Shown here: positions 41,206 through 52,428 of the stretch, piece after piece
How the letters are laid out: each line of letters opens with the position of its first letter
Numbering within the stretch: the stretch's first letter is position 1
NCBI GenBank assembly: GCA_963790475.1
Contig: CAWBOS010000010.1
Span: 1,280,001 to 1,344,000 of the forward strand
Reading direction: 5' to 3'
Length of the DNA stretch: 64,000 bases
From: an uncultured delta proteobacterium
GTDB lineage: Bacteria > Desulfobacterota > RBG-13-43-22
The notes under the pieces: model-generated
Told to the model about the DNA's origin: nothing
Databases searched by the model: none
What the model saw: the letters and a program-made list of their open reading frames with translations, nothing else
Program-made: the position numbers and the translations under genes

Positions 41206-41219
41206 GTCTTCCTATAACT

Positions 41220-41253
41220 TCTCTTGTAGTCCGCATTGACGGACTACAAGAGA
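41220..41253. terminator. Perfect 14-bp stem hairpin (terminator or mRNA stabiliser)
   Basis: tctcttgtagtccg-cattga-cggactacaagaga; no immediate U tract. Confidence 0.5.
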
Positions 41254-41293
41254 TACAACTGCTTTTTTATTCCACACTACACAAGGGGCCCCT

Positions 41294-42514
41294 ATGATCG
41301 TAAAACCTGAGGAAGTCGGATTGTCAGGTGAGCGCCTGACCCGGATCGACCAGCATCTCAAGAGGCGTTATATCGAACCCAAAAAAATTGCCGGAACCCT
41401 GACCCTGGTAGCCCGCCACGGCCAGGTCGCCTATCTCTCCCCTCTGGGTCTTATGGATATGGAACGGCAAAAGCCTATGACCGAAGACACCATATTCCGC
41501 ATCTACTCCATGACCAAACCGATCACCTCCGTGGCCTTGATGATGTTGTATGAAGAGGGGTATTTTCAATTGGACGATGAAGTTTATAAACACATCCCGG
41601 AATGGAGAAATCTTCAGGTCTATGCCTCCGGGAATTATCCCCTGTTTCTCACCCAACGCCCGGAACGGTCTATGACTATCCGCGACCTGATGACCCACAC
41701 CTCCGGTCTAACCTACCACTTTATGGAAAGAACCAATGTTGACGCCGCTTATCGCCAGCTCGGCATAGGAGTTGTGGGCGGCCCCAGTACACTTCGAGAG
41801 ATGATCGAGAAATTAGCCTTCCTGCCCTTGGAGTTTTCACCCGGAACAAGATGGAACTACTCGGTCTCCACCGACGTCCTCGGGTATCTGGTGGAGGTGA
41901 TGTCCGGGATGAGGTTCGATGAATATTTAAAGAAAAAGATATTCGAACCGTTGAAGATGGCTGACACGGGTTTCTATGTGCCTCCGGAAAAATTAGACCG
42001 TTTTGCCGCCAATTACAGCCGGCAGCCGGACAAAACCATTAAAGTGGAAGATGATCCTGGTAACAGCACCTACTCCAAACCGCCGACCTTTTTTTCCGGT
42101 GGCGGGGGTCTCGTTTCAACCGCTGCCGATTATTATCGCTTTTGCAAGATGCTGCTCAACCGTGGAGAGCTGGACGGCGCCCGCATCCTGGGACGTAAAA
42201 CCATCGAGTTGATGACCATGAATCATCTACCCGGGGGAAAGGACATGAGTGAACTGTCCGTCAGCACCTTCACCCAGGTTGCCACGGCGGGAACCGGATT
42301 CGGTCTGGGCTTTTCGGTCCATCTCGGGTCCGACAAATCTCAGGTGATCGGCTCTGTTGGGGAATACGCCTGGGGCGGGGCAGCCAGCACGGCCTTCTGG
42401 ATCGATCCGTTGGAAGACTTGATCGTTATTTTTCTTACCCAGTTTATGCCCAATGCCACCTTCAACTTTCGAAACCAATTGAAGGCCATTATCTATCCGG
42501 CGATTCTGGATTAG
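41294..42514 (+). CDS. Serine hydrolase, beta-lactamase-related esterase family
   Basis: IYSMTKP (SxxK), LMTHTSGL, PGTRWNYS, GGGGLVST, WGGAAST. Confidence 0.92.
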   Translation: MIVKPEEVGLSGERLTRIDQHLKRRYIEPKKIAGTLTLVARHGQVAYLSPLGLMDMERQKPMTEDTIFRIYSMTKPITSVALMMLYEEGYFQLDDEVYKHIPEWRNLQVYASGNYPLFLTQRPERSMTIRDLMTHTSGLTYHFMERTNVDAAYRQLGIGVVGGPSTLREMIEKLAFLPLEFSPGTRWNYSVSTDVLGYLVEVMSGMRFDEYLKKKIFEPLKMADTGFYVPPEKLDRFAANYSRQPDKTIKVEDDPGNSTYSKPPTFFSGGGGLVSTAADYYRFCKMLLNRGELDGARILGRKTIELMTMNHLPGGKDMSELSVSTFTQVATAGTGFGLGFSVHLGSDKSQVIGSVGEYAWGGAASTAFWIDPLEDLIVIFLTQFMPNATFNFRNQLKAIIYPAILD

Positions 42515-42580
42515 ACTTTTTATAGAATTCCCTATAGTCTTTTATCTGTCCCACTTCAACACTCATCTTACTGGGAAGGC

Positions 42581-43111
42581 ATGAAGGAGAATCTCACAGA
42601 AAAGCGGGTTGAAATCCCGCTTTCTGCCAATACGATTTGTAAAAAAATTGCAGAAGCTCAAGATTCTTTTGCCCTTTGGGGAGAAGCTTTGCAGAGGGAC
42701 CCGCACATCGTTTCACTTTTGAAAAGTTCGGAGTTAAAGATTGCCGCATCCGCTAAGGCCGTTCACGATTCTGGCGTTTTCGCCCTCTGCCAGCACTGTT
42801 CCGATGAGGATGGGGAGAGTTGTTGCGGGTCGGGCATCGAGAACAAATACACCCCCCGGCTTCTTTTGATAAACCTTCTCCTTGGGGTAACTCTCCCGGA
42901 AAAGCGTCTTTGGTCAAAGGGCTGTTTCTTCCTTTCGGAAAACGGCTGCGGCCTTAAAATACGGCAGGTGTTGTGCGTCAACTACCTTTGCCTTAAGATC
43001 CAGAGGATGCTGCCTTCAGACGTTCTTGTAACCTTACAGCGAATTACCGGCGAGGAAATGGATGCGGGGTTTATCCTCCACGAGGCAGTCAAAAAATTCA
43101 TTGGGGATTAA
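42581..43111 (+). CDS. Cys-rich hypothetical protein (possible metal/Fe-S binding)
   Basis: CQHC, SCCG, CFFLSENGC, LCVNYLC. Confidence 0.7.
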   Translation: MKENLTEKRVEIPLSANTICKKIAEAQDSFALWGEALQRDPHIVSLLKSSELKIAASAKAVHDSGVFALCQHCSDEDGESCCGSGIENKYTPRLLLINLLLGVTLPEKRLWSKGCFFLSENGCGLKIRQVLCVNYLCLKIQRMLPSDVLVTLQRITGEEMDAGFILHEAVKKFIGD

Positions 43112-43315
43112 CTAAGGGGCAAGTAAATATTCTACAAAAATAGGCCGGGCGGCGATTCTGTTCTTTATCTCATTTAAATTCCGGCCTCCGCTTCCTGCCA
43201 GGACAAATACAAACAGAGCACCTTGCTCGACCGAGGCGTCCGGGTAAGCAATAAAAGTGCTCTCCCAATCATCGGTACTCAATGCAAAAGTTACCTAATT
43301 TTCTTAATTTTCCCC

Positions 43316-43344
43316 TTGACCCTCTCTTTTTCCTGTTTTATACT
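43316..43344 (+). promoter_or_regulatory. Sigma70 promoter candidate heading the STAND array
   Basis: TTGACC-N17-TATACT. Confidence 0.6.
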
Positions 43345-43398
43345 CCCGCAACCCAAAACGATTAATTGCTGTTAACCAACTTTTGAGGAGTTGGCGAA

Positions 43399-43539
43399 AT
43401 GCAGTGTCCTAAGTGCCTGTTCGATAATCCCGAGGGGGCCAAGTTTTGTAATGCCTATGGGGACCCTTCCTCCCTCCCTATCTCCCCGTCTTGTTCCTTG
43501 CTTCAAATAACCCCCAACTCACGGAGAAGGGTTGTTTGA
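43399..43539 (+). pseudogene. 5' stub of a zinc-ribbon STAND paralogue (MQCPKCLFDNPEGAKFCNAYG...)
   Basis: GAGGAG RBS; the first 21 aa match the zinc-ribbon starts at 44315/49026/52429/57091, then similarity is lost. Confidence 0.7.
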
Positions 43540-44236
43540 AAAAATGAAAATAAATCTCTTCGCCTCCATCATTCTCATCCTCATTTCCATTTTAATTCTA
43601 ATCATTCACCATATCACCCAGGCGGAATTTTTGCTTCACCTTGCCGCCATTCCTATCGAGGTCCTCGTGGCCGTTATCATCGTAGAGCAGTTTCTGGAAC
43701 ACAGAGAAAGTCAGGAAAAGCGCCGACAGATGATGTATATCAAGAGCTACATGTTCCGCTCCGAGATGCGTAATCTTTTTATTGCCGATTTCGCCGCCCT
43801 CAAGTCACCCCCGGTCACCTTTGAGAAGATCAGAAGGGCCTCCCTTCAGGAATTGAAGGAATTCAGGAAAAGCGCCAAGATCGTAGAGTATAAGTCTCCG
43901 GAGGCCATGGAGTCCGTAATACAGGAATATGTCAGGGCATTTCACGTCTGGCACAGTTTTTTGGAGCGAGCCATGAATTACGGTTTTGAGAACGTGTTCC
44001 AGGATATGATCTTTATCATCCACTTTATTCATACGGTTAAGAATTTTAAGGAAAAGAACCCGAATAAATTATTTATCGATGAGGCGGCCGGCAACGGGGT
44101 CCTTTTCGAGAGTTCGGTAAAGGTGTTGGGCGATGGTATTCGCTCTTTTCTCGATTACACCCTTGAGCTTAAGGAAAAGCAGCCGAAACTCTTTGACGAG
44201 GTGTTGTCGGACTATGAACGTCCATCAAGAGGATAA
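43532..44236 (+). CDS. Hypothetical protein with two N-terminal TM helices and a soluble helical domain
   Basis: Hydrophobic segments at about aa 8-27 and 33-52; GGAG RBS; start 43532 (TTG) or 43544. Confidence 0.75.
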   Translation: MFEKMKINLFASIILILISILILIIHHITQAEFLLHLAAIPIEVLVAVIIVEQFLEHRESQEKRRQMMYIKSYMFRSEMRNLFIADFAALKSPPVTFEKIRRASLQELKEFRKSAKIVEYKSPEAMESVIQEYVRAFHVWHSFLERAMNYGFENVFQDMIFIIHFIHTVKNFKEKNPNKLFIDEAAGNGVLFESSVKVLGDGIRSFLDYTLELKEKQPKLFDEVLSDYERPSRG

Positions 44237-44314
44237 AGCTGCTCAAGGTTTTCATATAAGACTTTGGTCTTGGCCTGAATTATTTTTACAAATCCGTAAA
44301 TATCAGGAGAAAAA

Positions 44315-47300
44315 ATGAGATGTCCGGCCTGCGGTCATGAGAATTTGGATGGTGCCAAATTTTGTAATGAATGCGGGGCAAAACTTGAGCTGGCCTGTCC
44401 CCGGTGCGGGAAGGTAAATCCCCCGGGAAGCAAATTCTGCTGTGAGTGTGGGCAACCCTTGTCTGCGCCTCAGGAATCACACCCGCCAAAAAGCCTTCCG
44501 GAGAAATGGCCCCAGCCCTACCCCTTTCCCTTGCCCAAAGAATTATCCGAGAAGATCCTGGCCCAGAAGGGCCGGATCGAAGGGGAGCGCCGGCAGGTCA
44601 CGGTCATGTTCTGCGACCTGGAGGGCTCCACCGCCCTGACCGAGAAGCTTGGGGACGAAAGGGCCTTTTCACTCATCGACGAAATCTTCGATATCTTAAC
44701 CCAGCAGGTCCACAGATATGAGGGGACGGTCCAGGAGTTCCGGGGAGACGGCATCATGGCCCTTTTCGGCGCCCCCATTGCTTTGGAAAATGCCGCCCAG
44801 CGGGCTATTCGCTCGGCCTTGGCCATCCACCAGGAGGTGACCAAGTTCGGCCACCAGATTCAGGAGGGAACCAGGGGGACGGGGATTCACATGCGGATCG
44901 GGATCCACACCGGCCCGGTCGTCCTGGGCACCATCGGCAGCGACCTGCGTCTGGAATTCCAAGTCATCGGCGATACGGTAAACCTCGCGGCCCGGATGGA
45001 AAGCCTGGCCGAGCCAGGAAGCACCTATGTGACGAATGATACCTTTAAGCTCACTGAAGGGCTCTTTCGCTTTGAAGGCCTGGGGGAAAAGCTGGTCAAG
45101 GGGAAAGAGACGCCGGTCCGGGTCTATCGGGTCATCGCTCCCAGCAGCCATAGCACGCGGTTCGATGTCAGCGCCGAGCAAGGCCTTACGCCATTCGTGG
45201 GCCGCCTGCGGGAAAGAGAGCTGTTACTGGATGCCTTTGAGCGGGCCCGTGATGGCCGAGGCCAAGCGGTCTCTATCGTTTCCGAGGCCGGGATGGGTAA
45301 ATCACGCCTGCTCTATGAGTTCCGGAAAGCCGTGCTCAACGAGGACATTACTTTTCTGGAAGGCAAATGCCTTTCCTTCAGCCGTGGCGTGGCCTATCAG
45401 CCCATTGCCGACATCCTCAAATCGAACTTCGATATCCGGGAGGATGACTGGGACCCGGCGATCAAAAATAAGGTCAAACAAGGCTTGCAGACCATCAAGA
45501 TGGGAGAAGGTCCTGCCCTGCCCTATCTTCTGGAGCTTCTCTCGGCCAAAGACAGCGGCATTGAAAAGATCCAACTCAGCCCCGAGGGGAAGAAGGATCG
45601 AACCATGGATACGCTCAAAAAAATTATACTGAAGGGCTCCGAAATGCGCCCACTGGTCATAGCCATCGAGGACCTCCATTGGATCGATAAAACTTCGGAA
45701 GACCTCCTGAAATATCTTTTGGGAAGCATCGCCGGGGCCAGGATACTCTTTATCCTCACCTACCGGCCCGAGTTTATTCCCACCTGGGGCCCCCGCTCTT
45801 ATCATAACCAACTTCTTCTTAACCGCCTCTCCAACCGGGAGAGTCTTCTCATGGCCCAGCACATCCTGGACACCAGGCAACTGGAAAGTGCTTTGGAAGA
45901 AGTGATCCTGGAAAAAACCGAAGGGGTCCCCTTCTTTGTCGAGGAGTTTATCAAATCCTTGAAGGACCTGGACATCATCGAGAAAAAAAATCAGACCTAC
46001 CGCATCACCAAGGAGCTTCAGACAGTCCGCATCCCTTCCACTATCCAGGACATCATCATGGCCAGGGTGGATGCCCTGCCCGAGGGGGCCAAGGAAGTGC
46101 TTCAGGTGGGCTCTCTCATCGAGCGTGAGTTCGCTTATAAGCTGATCAAGGCGGTTATGCACCTGCCCGAGGAGGAACTCCTCCGAAGGCTTTCAATTCT
46201 CAAAGATGCGGAACTGCTTTACGAGCGGGGCCTATTTCCTGATTCGACCTTCATCTTTAAACATGCCCTGACCCGGGAAGTGATCTACGGCACCCTCCTG
46301 GAGGGAAAGAAGAAAGAGATCCACGGAGAAATCGGTTGGGCAATCGAGGAATTATATAGTGATAATATAGATGAGTACTGCGGCCTATTAGCAGAGCATT
46401 ATAGGGCGAACGAAAATTATTTGAAAGCCTCGATTAATTACCAGACGGCTGCCAGAAAACCGGCCAGAGCCGTTTCATTTACCAATGCCGTTTCTTTGGC
46501 TGAGAAGGGGTTGATCTGTCTGGAGAAGCTGCCTCGGACAGACGAGGTAGGAAGGAAGATCGTCGATGCCAGGACAACGCTTGGACTTTATTTTATTCAG
46601 TTACAACACTTCGACACCGCCAAGAAAATCATCGACCCCGTGGTCGAACCGGCCTTAAAGCATGATTACCGGCGAAGACTTTCTCAAATTTATACGGTGC
46701 TTGGTATCCATAGTCATTTAATCGCGGAGGACTATCCCCAGGCTATTGAATATTTGGAAAAGGCCATAAAGATGGCCGAAGAGATGGATGATTTTGTTTC
46801 TTTGATATTTGCCCAACATTATTTAGGACATGTTTTCGCGGATAATTGCCTTTTCGACCAAGGCCTGTATTATATAGGAAAGGCCTTGAAGATCGTCGAA
46901 ACCTTTAACGTCCCCTGGAGTATAGCCATGCACAAGGCCTGTATCGCTTATACCATCTATTGTTCTCAGGGGAAAATCGGATTGGCCTATGAGACCGGCA
47001 GGGAGGCCTTATTATTGGCTGAAGAAAGCGGCGATATACTCTCAAAAGCCGAGGCCTATACCAACCATGGGGCCTGCTGTTTCTTTAAAGGATTCCTGGA
47101 GGAAGCGGAGGAGAATCTCTTAAAGGGGATTGATTTTAGTGCCAAAGCCCAATTATTTGGCCAAGGATTTGTGGCCCATTTATCTTTGGGAATGGTCCAT
47201 TCTCGCAATGGTAATTATGGAAAGGCCATAAACTATTTTGGGAAGGCCATCGAGTTTGAGAAATTCGGCACTCTCACCCCTTCCTATTTTAATTTGGCTC

Positions 47301-47680
47301 AGATAGCTCTTGTTTCAGCCAAGGTGATGAACCATGAGAAAGATATCGATTTAGAGCTTTTACCCGTCCATATGTCCCATAACAAAATTAAGAGATTTGA
47401 TAGCTTCTTTAGGAAACGTTTAAGCGAGATTTTTATAAACATTGATGGCGATCATTGGTCGGACGCTGAAAATTGGCTTAAGCAGGCCATTGAAATTGAC
47501 AAGAACAACGGGGTTATTTCTGAGTTGGGCCTGGATTATGTCCTTTACGCTGAATTATCCAGGCATAAAGGAGATCGTTCAAAGGCCAAAGAGCTTCTCG
47601 GAAAGGCCATAGAACTTTTTAAAGAATGCGAGGCCGACGGCTGGGAGAAGAAATATGAGAAGGAGATGGCCGAGATGTGA
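44315..47680 (+). CDS. Double zinc ribbon - class III nucleotide cyclase - AAA_16 STAND ATPase - TPR protein (copy 1, intact)
   Basis: Four CxxC; FCDLEGST, EFRGDG, RIGIHTG, GDTVNLAARME; FVGR, SEAGMGKS, IEDLHWID, EGVPFFVEE, FKHAL; TPR-like C-terminus. Confidence 0.92.
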   Translation: MRCPACGHENLDGAKFCNECGAKLELACPRCGKVNPPGSKFCCECGQPLSAPQESHPPKSLPEKWPQPYPFPLPKELSEKILAQKGRIEGERRQVTVMFCDLEGSTALTEKLGDERAFSLIDEIFDILTQQVHRYEGTVQEFRGDGIMALFGAPIALENAAQRAIRSALAIHQEVTKFGHQIQEGTRGTGIHMRIGIHTGPVVLGTIGSDLRLEFQVIGDTVNLAARMESLAEPGSTYVTNDTFKLTEGLFRFEGLGEKLVKGKETPVRVYRVIAPSSHSTRFDVSAEQGLTPFVGRLRERELLLDAFERARDGRGQAVSIVSEAGMGKSRLLYEFRKAVLNEDITFLEGKCLSFSRGVAYQPIADILKSNFDIREDDWDPAIKNKVKQGLQTIKMGEGPALPYLLELLSAKDSGIEKIQLSPEGKKDRTMDTLKKIILKGSEMRPLVIAIEDLHWIDKTSEDLLKYLLGSIAGARILFILTYRPEFIPTWGPRSYHNQLLLNRLSNRESLLMAQHILDTRQLESALEEVILEKTEGVPFFVEEFIKSLKDLDIIEKKNQTYRITKELQTVRIPSTIQDIIMARVDALPEGAKEVLQVGSLIEREFAYKLIKAVMHLPEEELLRRLSILKDAELLYERGLFPDSTFIFKHALTREVIYGTLLEGKKKEIHGEIGWAIEELYSDNIDEYCGLLAEHYRANENYLKASINYQTAARKPARAVSFTNAVSLAEKGLICLEKLPRTDEVGRKIVDARTTLGLYFIQLQHFDTAKKIIDPVVEPALKHDYRRRLSQIYTVLGIHSHLIAEDYPQAIEYLEKAIKMAEEMDDFVSLIFAQHYLGHVFADNCLFDQGLYYIGKALKIVETFNVPWSIAMHKACIAYTIYCSQGKIGLAYETGREALLLAEESGDILSKAEAYTNHGACCFFKGFLEEAEENLLKGIDFSAKAQLFGQGFVAHLSLGMVHSRNGNYGKAINYFGKAIEFEKFGTLTPSYFNLAQIALVSAKVMNHEKDIDLELLPVHMSHNKIKRFDSFFRKRLSEIFINIDGDHWSDAENWLKQAIEIDKNNGVISELGLDYVLYAELSRHKGDRSKAKELLGKAIELFKECEADGWEKKYEKEMAEM

Positions 47681-47803
47681 TTACCTGTTTATGAGGTTAT
47701 AGGGGTTAATGCAAAAATCACACAACTACGTCTACTAAGGGAGCAAAAAAATAAACACCCCTTTCCTAAAGGGGGATAGCGATTGGACATATTTGCATCC
47801 GGA

Positions 47804-47832
47804 TTGACAATTTGGACAACTTAAGATAATCT
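47804..47832 (+). promoter_or_regulatory. Promoter candidate giving a leaderless transcript
   Basis: TTGACA-N17-TAATCT ending 6 nt before the ATG at 47839; no SD sequence. Confidence 0.5.
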
Positions 47833-47838
47833 CCGTCC

Positions 47839-49008
47839 ATGATCAAAAGAATTTTAGAAAAAAAGCTGGTGGCTCTCTCCGGGCAGTTCCCTGTCGTCAC
47901 CCTGACGGGACCACGACAATCGGGAAAGACAACCCTGGTACAGCAGGCATTTCCTGATTGGGAGTATGTCTCCCTGGAGGAGTTGGATAACCGTGAGTTT
48001 GCGGAGCAAGATCCGCGCGGGTTCCTTTCCACTTACTCTCAAAAAGTGTTGATTGATGAGGCCCAAAGGGTACCATCCCTTTTTTCCTATCTTCAAGGAG
48101 TGGTCGACCGGCTCAACCGACCGGGCCAGTACATCTTAACCGGCTCCCAGAATTTTTTGCTCCATGAAAGAATTTCCCAATCCTTAGCCGGCCGCACCGC
48201 CGTCCTGAAACTGCTTCCCCTGAGCCTGGAAGAGCTTCCTAAGGGGAGGACACCCGGCAAGAATTACTACGCCTTCCTTTTCCGGGGGTTTTATCCCCGG
48301 CTGTATGCCCAAACCGTTTCTCCCACCGATTGGTATAGGAGCTATGTTCAGACCTACCTGGAAAGGGATCTCCGCCTGATCAAGAACATCCCCGACTTGG
48401 GGCTGTTCCAAAAATTTGTGCGCCTTTGCGCCGGACGGGTCGGACAAGTGCTGAACCTGAGTTCCCTGGCCCAGGATACCGGCATCAGCCCCAATACCGC
48501 CCGGTCCTGGATCTCTTTATTGGAAAGCAGTTACCTGGTGTTTCTACTTCAGCCCCACTTCCGCAACTTTAACAAGCGCCTCATTAAAATGCCGAAACTC
48601 TATTTTTACGATCCCGGATTAGCCTGCTATCTCCTGGGAATCGAAACCCCGGAGCAGGTCAAAACGCATTTTCTGAAAGGAGCCCTTTTTGAGTCTCTGA
48701 TCATTTCGGAATTGATCAAGTATCGGGTTCATCGCGGCTTGGAAGCCAACTGTTATTATTGGAGGGACAAGGTCGGCCATGAAGTTGACTGCCTCCTTGA
48801 TTTCGGGGAACGGCTGGTCCCCTTGGAAATCAAATCCGGGGAAACCATCACCTCCGGCTTTTTTGAAGGGCTGAATTACTGGAATCGTCTGGCCAAGGCA
48901 GATCCCCGTCATGCCTTTCTGATTTATGCCGGTTCCAAGAAAGAAGAAAGAAGCCAGGGACGGGTTTTGAGCTGGGGTAAGATTCAGGATGTTTTTAATG
49001 TGGTTTAG
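47839..49008 (+). CDS. AAA_14 ATPase with DUF4143 (PD-(D/E)XK-like) C-terminus
   Basis: GPRQSGKT, IDEAQ, LTGSQ, PKLYFYDPGL, GALFES, YYWRD..GHEVD..PLEIKSG. Confidence 0.92.
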   Translation: MIKRILEKKLVALSGQFPVVTLTGPRQSGKTTLVQQAFPDWEYVSLEELDNREFAEQDPRGFLSTYSQKVLIDEAQRVPSLFSYLQGVVDRLNRPGQYILTGSQNFLLHERISQSLAGRTAVLKLLPLSLEELPKGRTPGKNYYAFLFRGFYPRLYAQTVSPTDWYRSYVQTYLERDLRLIKNIPDLGLFQKFVRLCAGRVGQVLNLSSLAQDTGISPNTARSWISLLESSYLVFLLQPHFRNFNKRLIKMPKLYFYDPGLACYLLGIETPEQVKTHFLKGALFESLIISELIKYRVHRGLEANCYYWRDKVGHEVDCLLDFGERLVPLEIKSGETITSGFFEGLNYWNRLAKADPRHAFLIYAGSKKEERSQGRVLSWGKIQDVFNVV

Positions 49009-49025
49009 ACTCATGGAGAAAGTCG

Positions 49026-52000
49026 ATGAAATGTCTGAAATGCCATACGGAGAATCCTGAGACCAAAAAGTTTTGCACGGAGTGTGGAGCAAAGCTTTCA
49101 CTGATTTGCCCTCATTGTAAGGCAGAGGTCCTGCCGACAGAAAAATTTTGTGGTGAGTGCGGGCACCCTTTATCCGTTCCTCCCAAGACAACCCCCAAAC
49201 CACTCCCCTCTATTGATGAAAAGATTGCCAAAATCCAGCATTATCTTCCCAAGGATCTGGCTGACAAAATCTTACTGCAGCGGGAGCGGATCGAGGGGGA
49301 GCGCAAGCAAGTGACGGTGCTGTTCACCGACATGGTGGGCTCCACCTCCATGTCGGAGAAACTCGATCCCGAAGAGTCCTTCGGCCTGATGGAACAGGTT
49401 TATGAGATCCTCATCCGAACGGTCAATGAGTACGGGGGAACGGTGAACGAGCTGACCGGCGACGGGGTCATGGCCCTCTTCGGCGCCCCCATCGCCCTGG
49501 AGGACGCGCCCCAGCGGGCTATCCGGGCCAGCCTGAGCATCCACCGGGAGCTGGTCCAGTTCAACGAAAAGATGCGCCGAGAGAAAGCCGGTCTGCCCTT
49601 GCTGCGGATGCGGGCCGGGATCAACACCGGACCGGTGGTGATGGGCACCCTGGGTAATGACCTGCGGGTCGATTTCAAGGTCGCCGGCGATACGGTCAAT
49701 CTGGCCTCTCGTATGGAAGGCCTGGCCGAGCCCGGCACCACGTATGTTACCGCTGAGACCTTCAAACTCACCGAGGGGTTCTTTCGCTTTGAAGGATTAG
49801 GGAAGAAAGAAATCAAAGGCAAGGCCGAGCCCATCGAGGTCTTTCGGGTCATTGCCCCCAGCAACCGCAGGACCCGCTTTGATGTGAACGCCGAACAGGG
49901 ACTGACCCCATTCATAGGTCGTCAGCGCGAACTCGAACTTTTGCTCGATGTTTACACCCGGGCCAAAAGCGGCCGGGGCCAGGCCATTTCCATCGTGGCC
50001 GACGCCGGCATGGGCAAGAGCCGGCTGCTCTACGAGTTTCGCAAAGCCCTGGCCAATGAGGAGGTGAACTTTCTGGAAGGCAAATGCCTCTCTTACAGCC
50101 GGGGAGTGGCCTATCACCCGGTGATCGACCTGCTGAAAGGGCAGTTTGACCTCCGGGAAAACGACGGCGACTTTGAGGTGCGGGACAAGGTCAAACGAAA
50201 CCTGAAACTCCTGCAAATTGACGAAATCACCACCCTGCCCTATTTTCTTGAGCTTCTTTCGGTCAAAGACAGCGGCCTGGACCGAATTTCTTTAAGCCCG
50301 GAAGGCAAGAGAGACCAGACCCTTCAGGCCCTGACCCGCTTCGTTCTCAAGGGGGCCGAGATCCAGCCTCTGATCCTGGCCGTGGAAGACCTTCACTGGA
50401 TCGACCGGAGCTCCGAAGAGGTCTTGAAAGACCTCCTGGAACACATTGCCGGGGCCAGGGTATTGCTGATCTTCACCTACCGGACCGAGTACGTCCACAC
50501 CTGGGGGTCCCGCTCCTTTCACAGCCAGGTCACCTTAAACCGGCTCTCCAACCGGGAAGCATTGGCCATGGTCTCTCATCTTTTAGCCACGGAAAGCGTG
50601 GCCGAGAACCTTCAGGACCTCATCTTGGAGAAGACCGAAGGGGTTCCCTTCTTTATCGAAGAGTTTTTGAAGTCCCTCAAGGACCTCCAGGTCATCCGCC
50701 GGCAAGACACGGTTTACGCCCTGACCAAAGACCCCAAAGACGTTACCATCCCTTCCACCATCCAGGACGTGATTATGGCCAGGGTCGATGCCCTGCCCGA
50801 AGGGGCTAAAGAGCTCTTGCAGACAGGGTCGGTCATCGAGCGCGAGTTTTCCCATGAACTTATTCAAAAGGTAACCAAACTCTCTGAATCGGACCTCCTG
50901 ACCCATCTCTCGGCCCTTAAGGATGCCGAGCTCCTCTACGAGCGGGGGGTGTACCCGAACTCCACTTACATCTTTAAACATGCCCTGACCCGAGAGGTGG
51001 TTTATGACTCGATCCTGACCAGAAGGCGCAAGGAAATTCATGCCACCGTGGCCGAGGCCATGGAGCAAATTTATCAACCCAACCTTGATGAACACCTGGG
51101 CACCCTTTGCCATCACTTTATGACCGGGGATAACTACGAGAAAGGCGAGACCTACGCCAGGCTGGCCGTTCAAAAGGCGCAGAAGGCCGGCTCATTGCCG
51201 GATGCCATCAATCAATCCAAGAAAAGAATCGCCTGTCTTGAGAAATTGCCTCTGGCCGAAGAGGTTCAAAGAAAAATAATAGACGCCCGGACAATTATGG
51301 CCCTCCGCCTGATTGAACTCAATCATTTTATTGAAGCCAAAGAAGCTATTGACCCGATTATCGACCTTGTCAAAAAGCTGAATTATAAAAAGCGTCTTGG
51401 CCAGGTGATAACCATTATTGGATCATATCAATCTAGTGTGGAAGAAAATTTCCCGGCAGCCTTTCAATCTTTCGAAAAGGCCTTAACTCTTTCGCAGGAA
51501 GCAAATGACATCGTAACTTCAGTTTTTTTAAATTATTGGCATGGAGTAACTTTGGCCAACAACTGCGAATTTGAAAAGGCCACCGGCCTCATGCAAAAGG
51601 CCGTTGACATAAATGTGGCAGCCAAAAATTTATGGGGGATCGCATCCACTCAAGCCACTTTTGCCTATTTATGTTTTTTCTTGTCCGGAAGGATAGATTT
51701 GGGATTCCGGACCTCGGCCGAAGCCGTTCAAATAGCTGAAGAGAGCGGAGATGGTTATTCCAAAGGTGTAGCTTATGCTTGCCACGGCGTTTCCTGCTTT
51801 GGGCGGGGATTATTCGAAGAAGCAGAAAAGTATTTTTTAAAAGGCATCGCCTTTTGTGAAAGGGTCAATCAACCGACTTTTAACTTGCTCGAACATTGTT
51901 ATTTGGGTGAGATCAATTTTGAAAAAGGAAATTTTTTAAAATCAGAAGAATGGTATAGGAAGCATACCAGATTGTGAAAGAGGGCCGCATATTTCCTTCT

Positions 52001-52396
52001 TTCTTGGGTTGGGGAAAATCAAGATTGCTGAAGACAAAGAGTATGATCGATCCAAAGAATATCGACCTGGAATCTCTTTATGTCTATTCTAAAAATAATA
52101 AAATCAAAGCCTACCAAGGTTTGATTTCCATTGATATCGGGGCCATTCTAATGAATCTGGATGGATGTCTGCCCGAAGCCGAAATTTGGATTCAAAAGGC
52201 CATTGAGGAAGACCAAAGAAACGGCACGCGGTTTTTTTTAGGAAGAGACTACGCCCTTTACGCCGAATGGTTCAAACGAAAGGGCGATCGATCCCAGACC
52301 CGGGAAAACCTGGGGAGAGCCATAGAAATTTTAAAAGAGTGCGGCGCCGATGGCTGGGTGGAAAAATATGAGAAGGAGCTAACCGCACTGCAATAG
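49026..52396 (+). pseudogene. Zinc ribbon - cyclase - STAND ATPase - TPR (copy 2), frameshift near 51957 in the distal TPR region
   Basis: FTDMVGST, ELTGDG, GDTVNLASRME, ADAGMGKS, VEDLHWID; 'tgg tat ag gaa gca tac' lacks one base; ORF 51974-52396 supplies the conserved ..CGADGWVEKYEKEL tail. Confidence 0.88.
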
Positions 52397-52428
52397 ATGA
52401 ACTGAATTCTGACTACCGGAGGTAGAAA

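Noticed and set aside
41294-42514. Beta-lactam resistance gene
   Set aside because: SxxK is present, but the overall motifs fit the esterase-like serine hydrolase family; no evidence for a true AmpC
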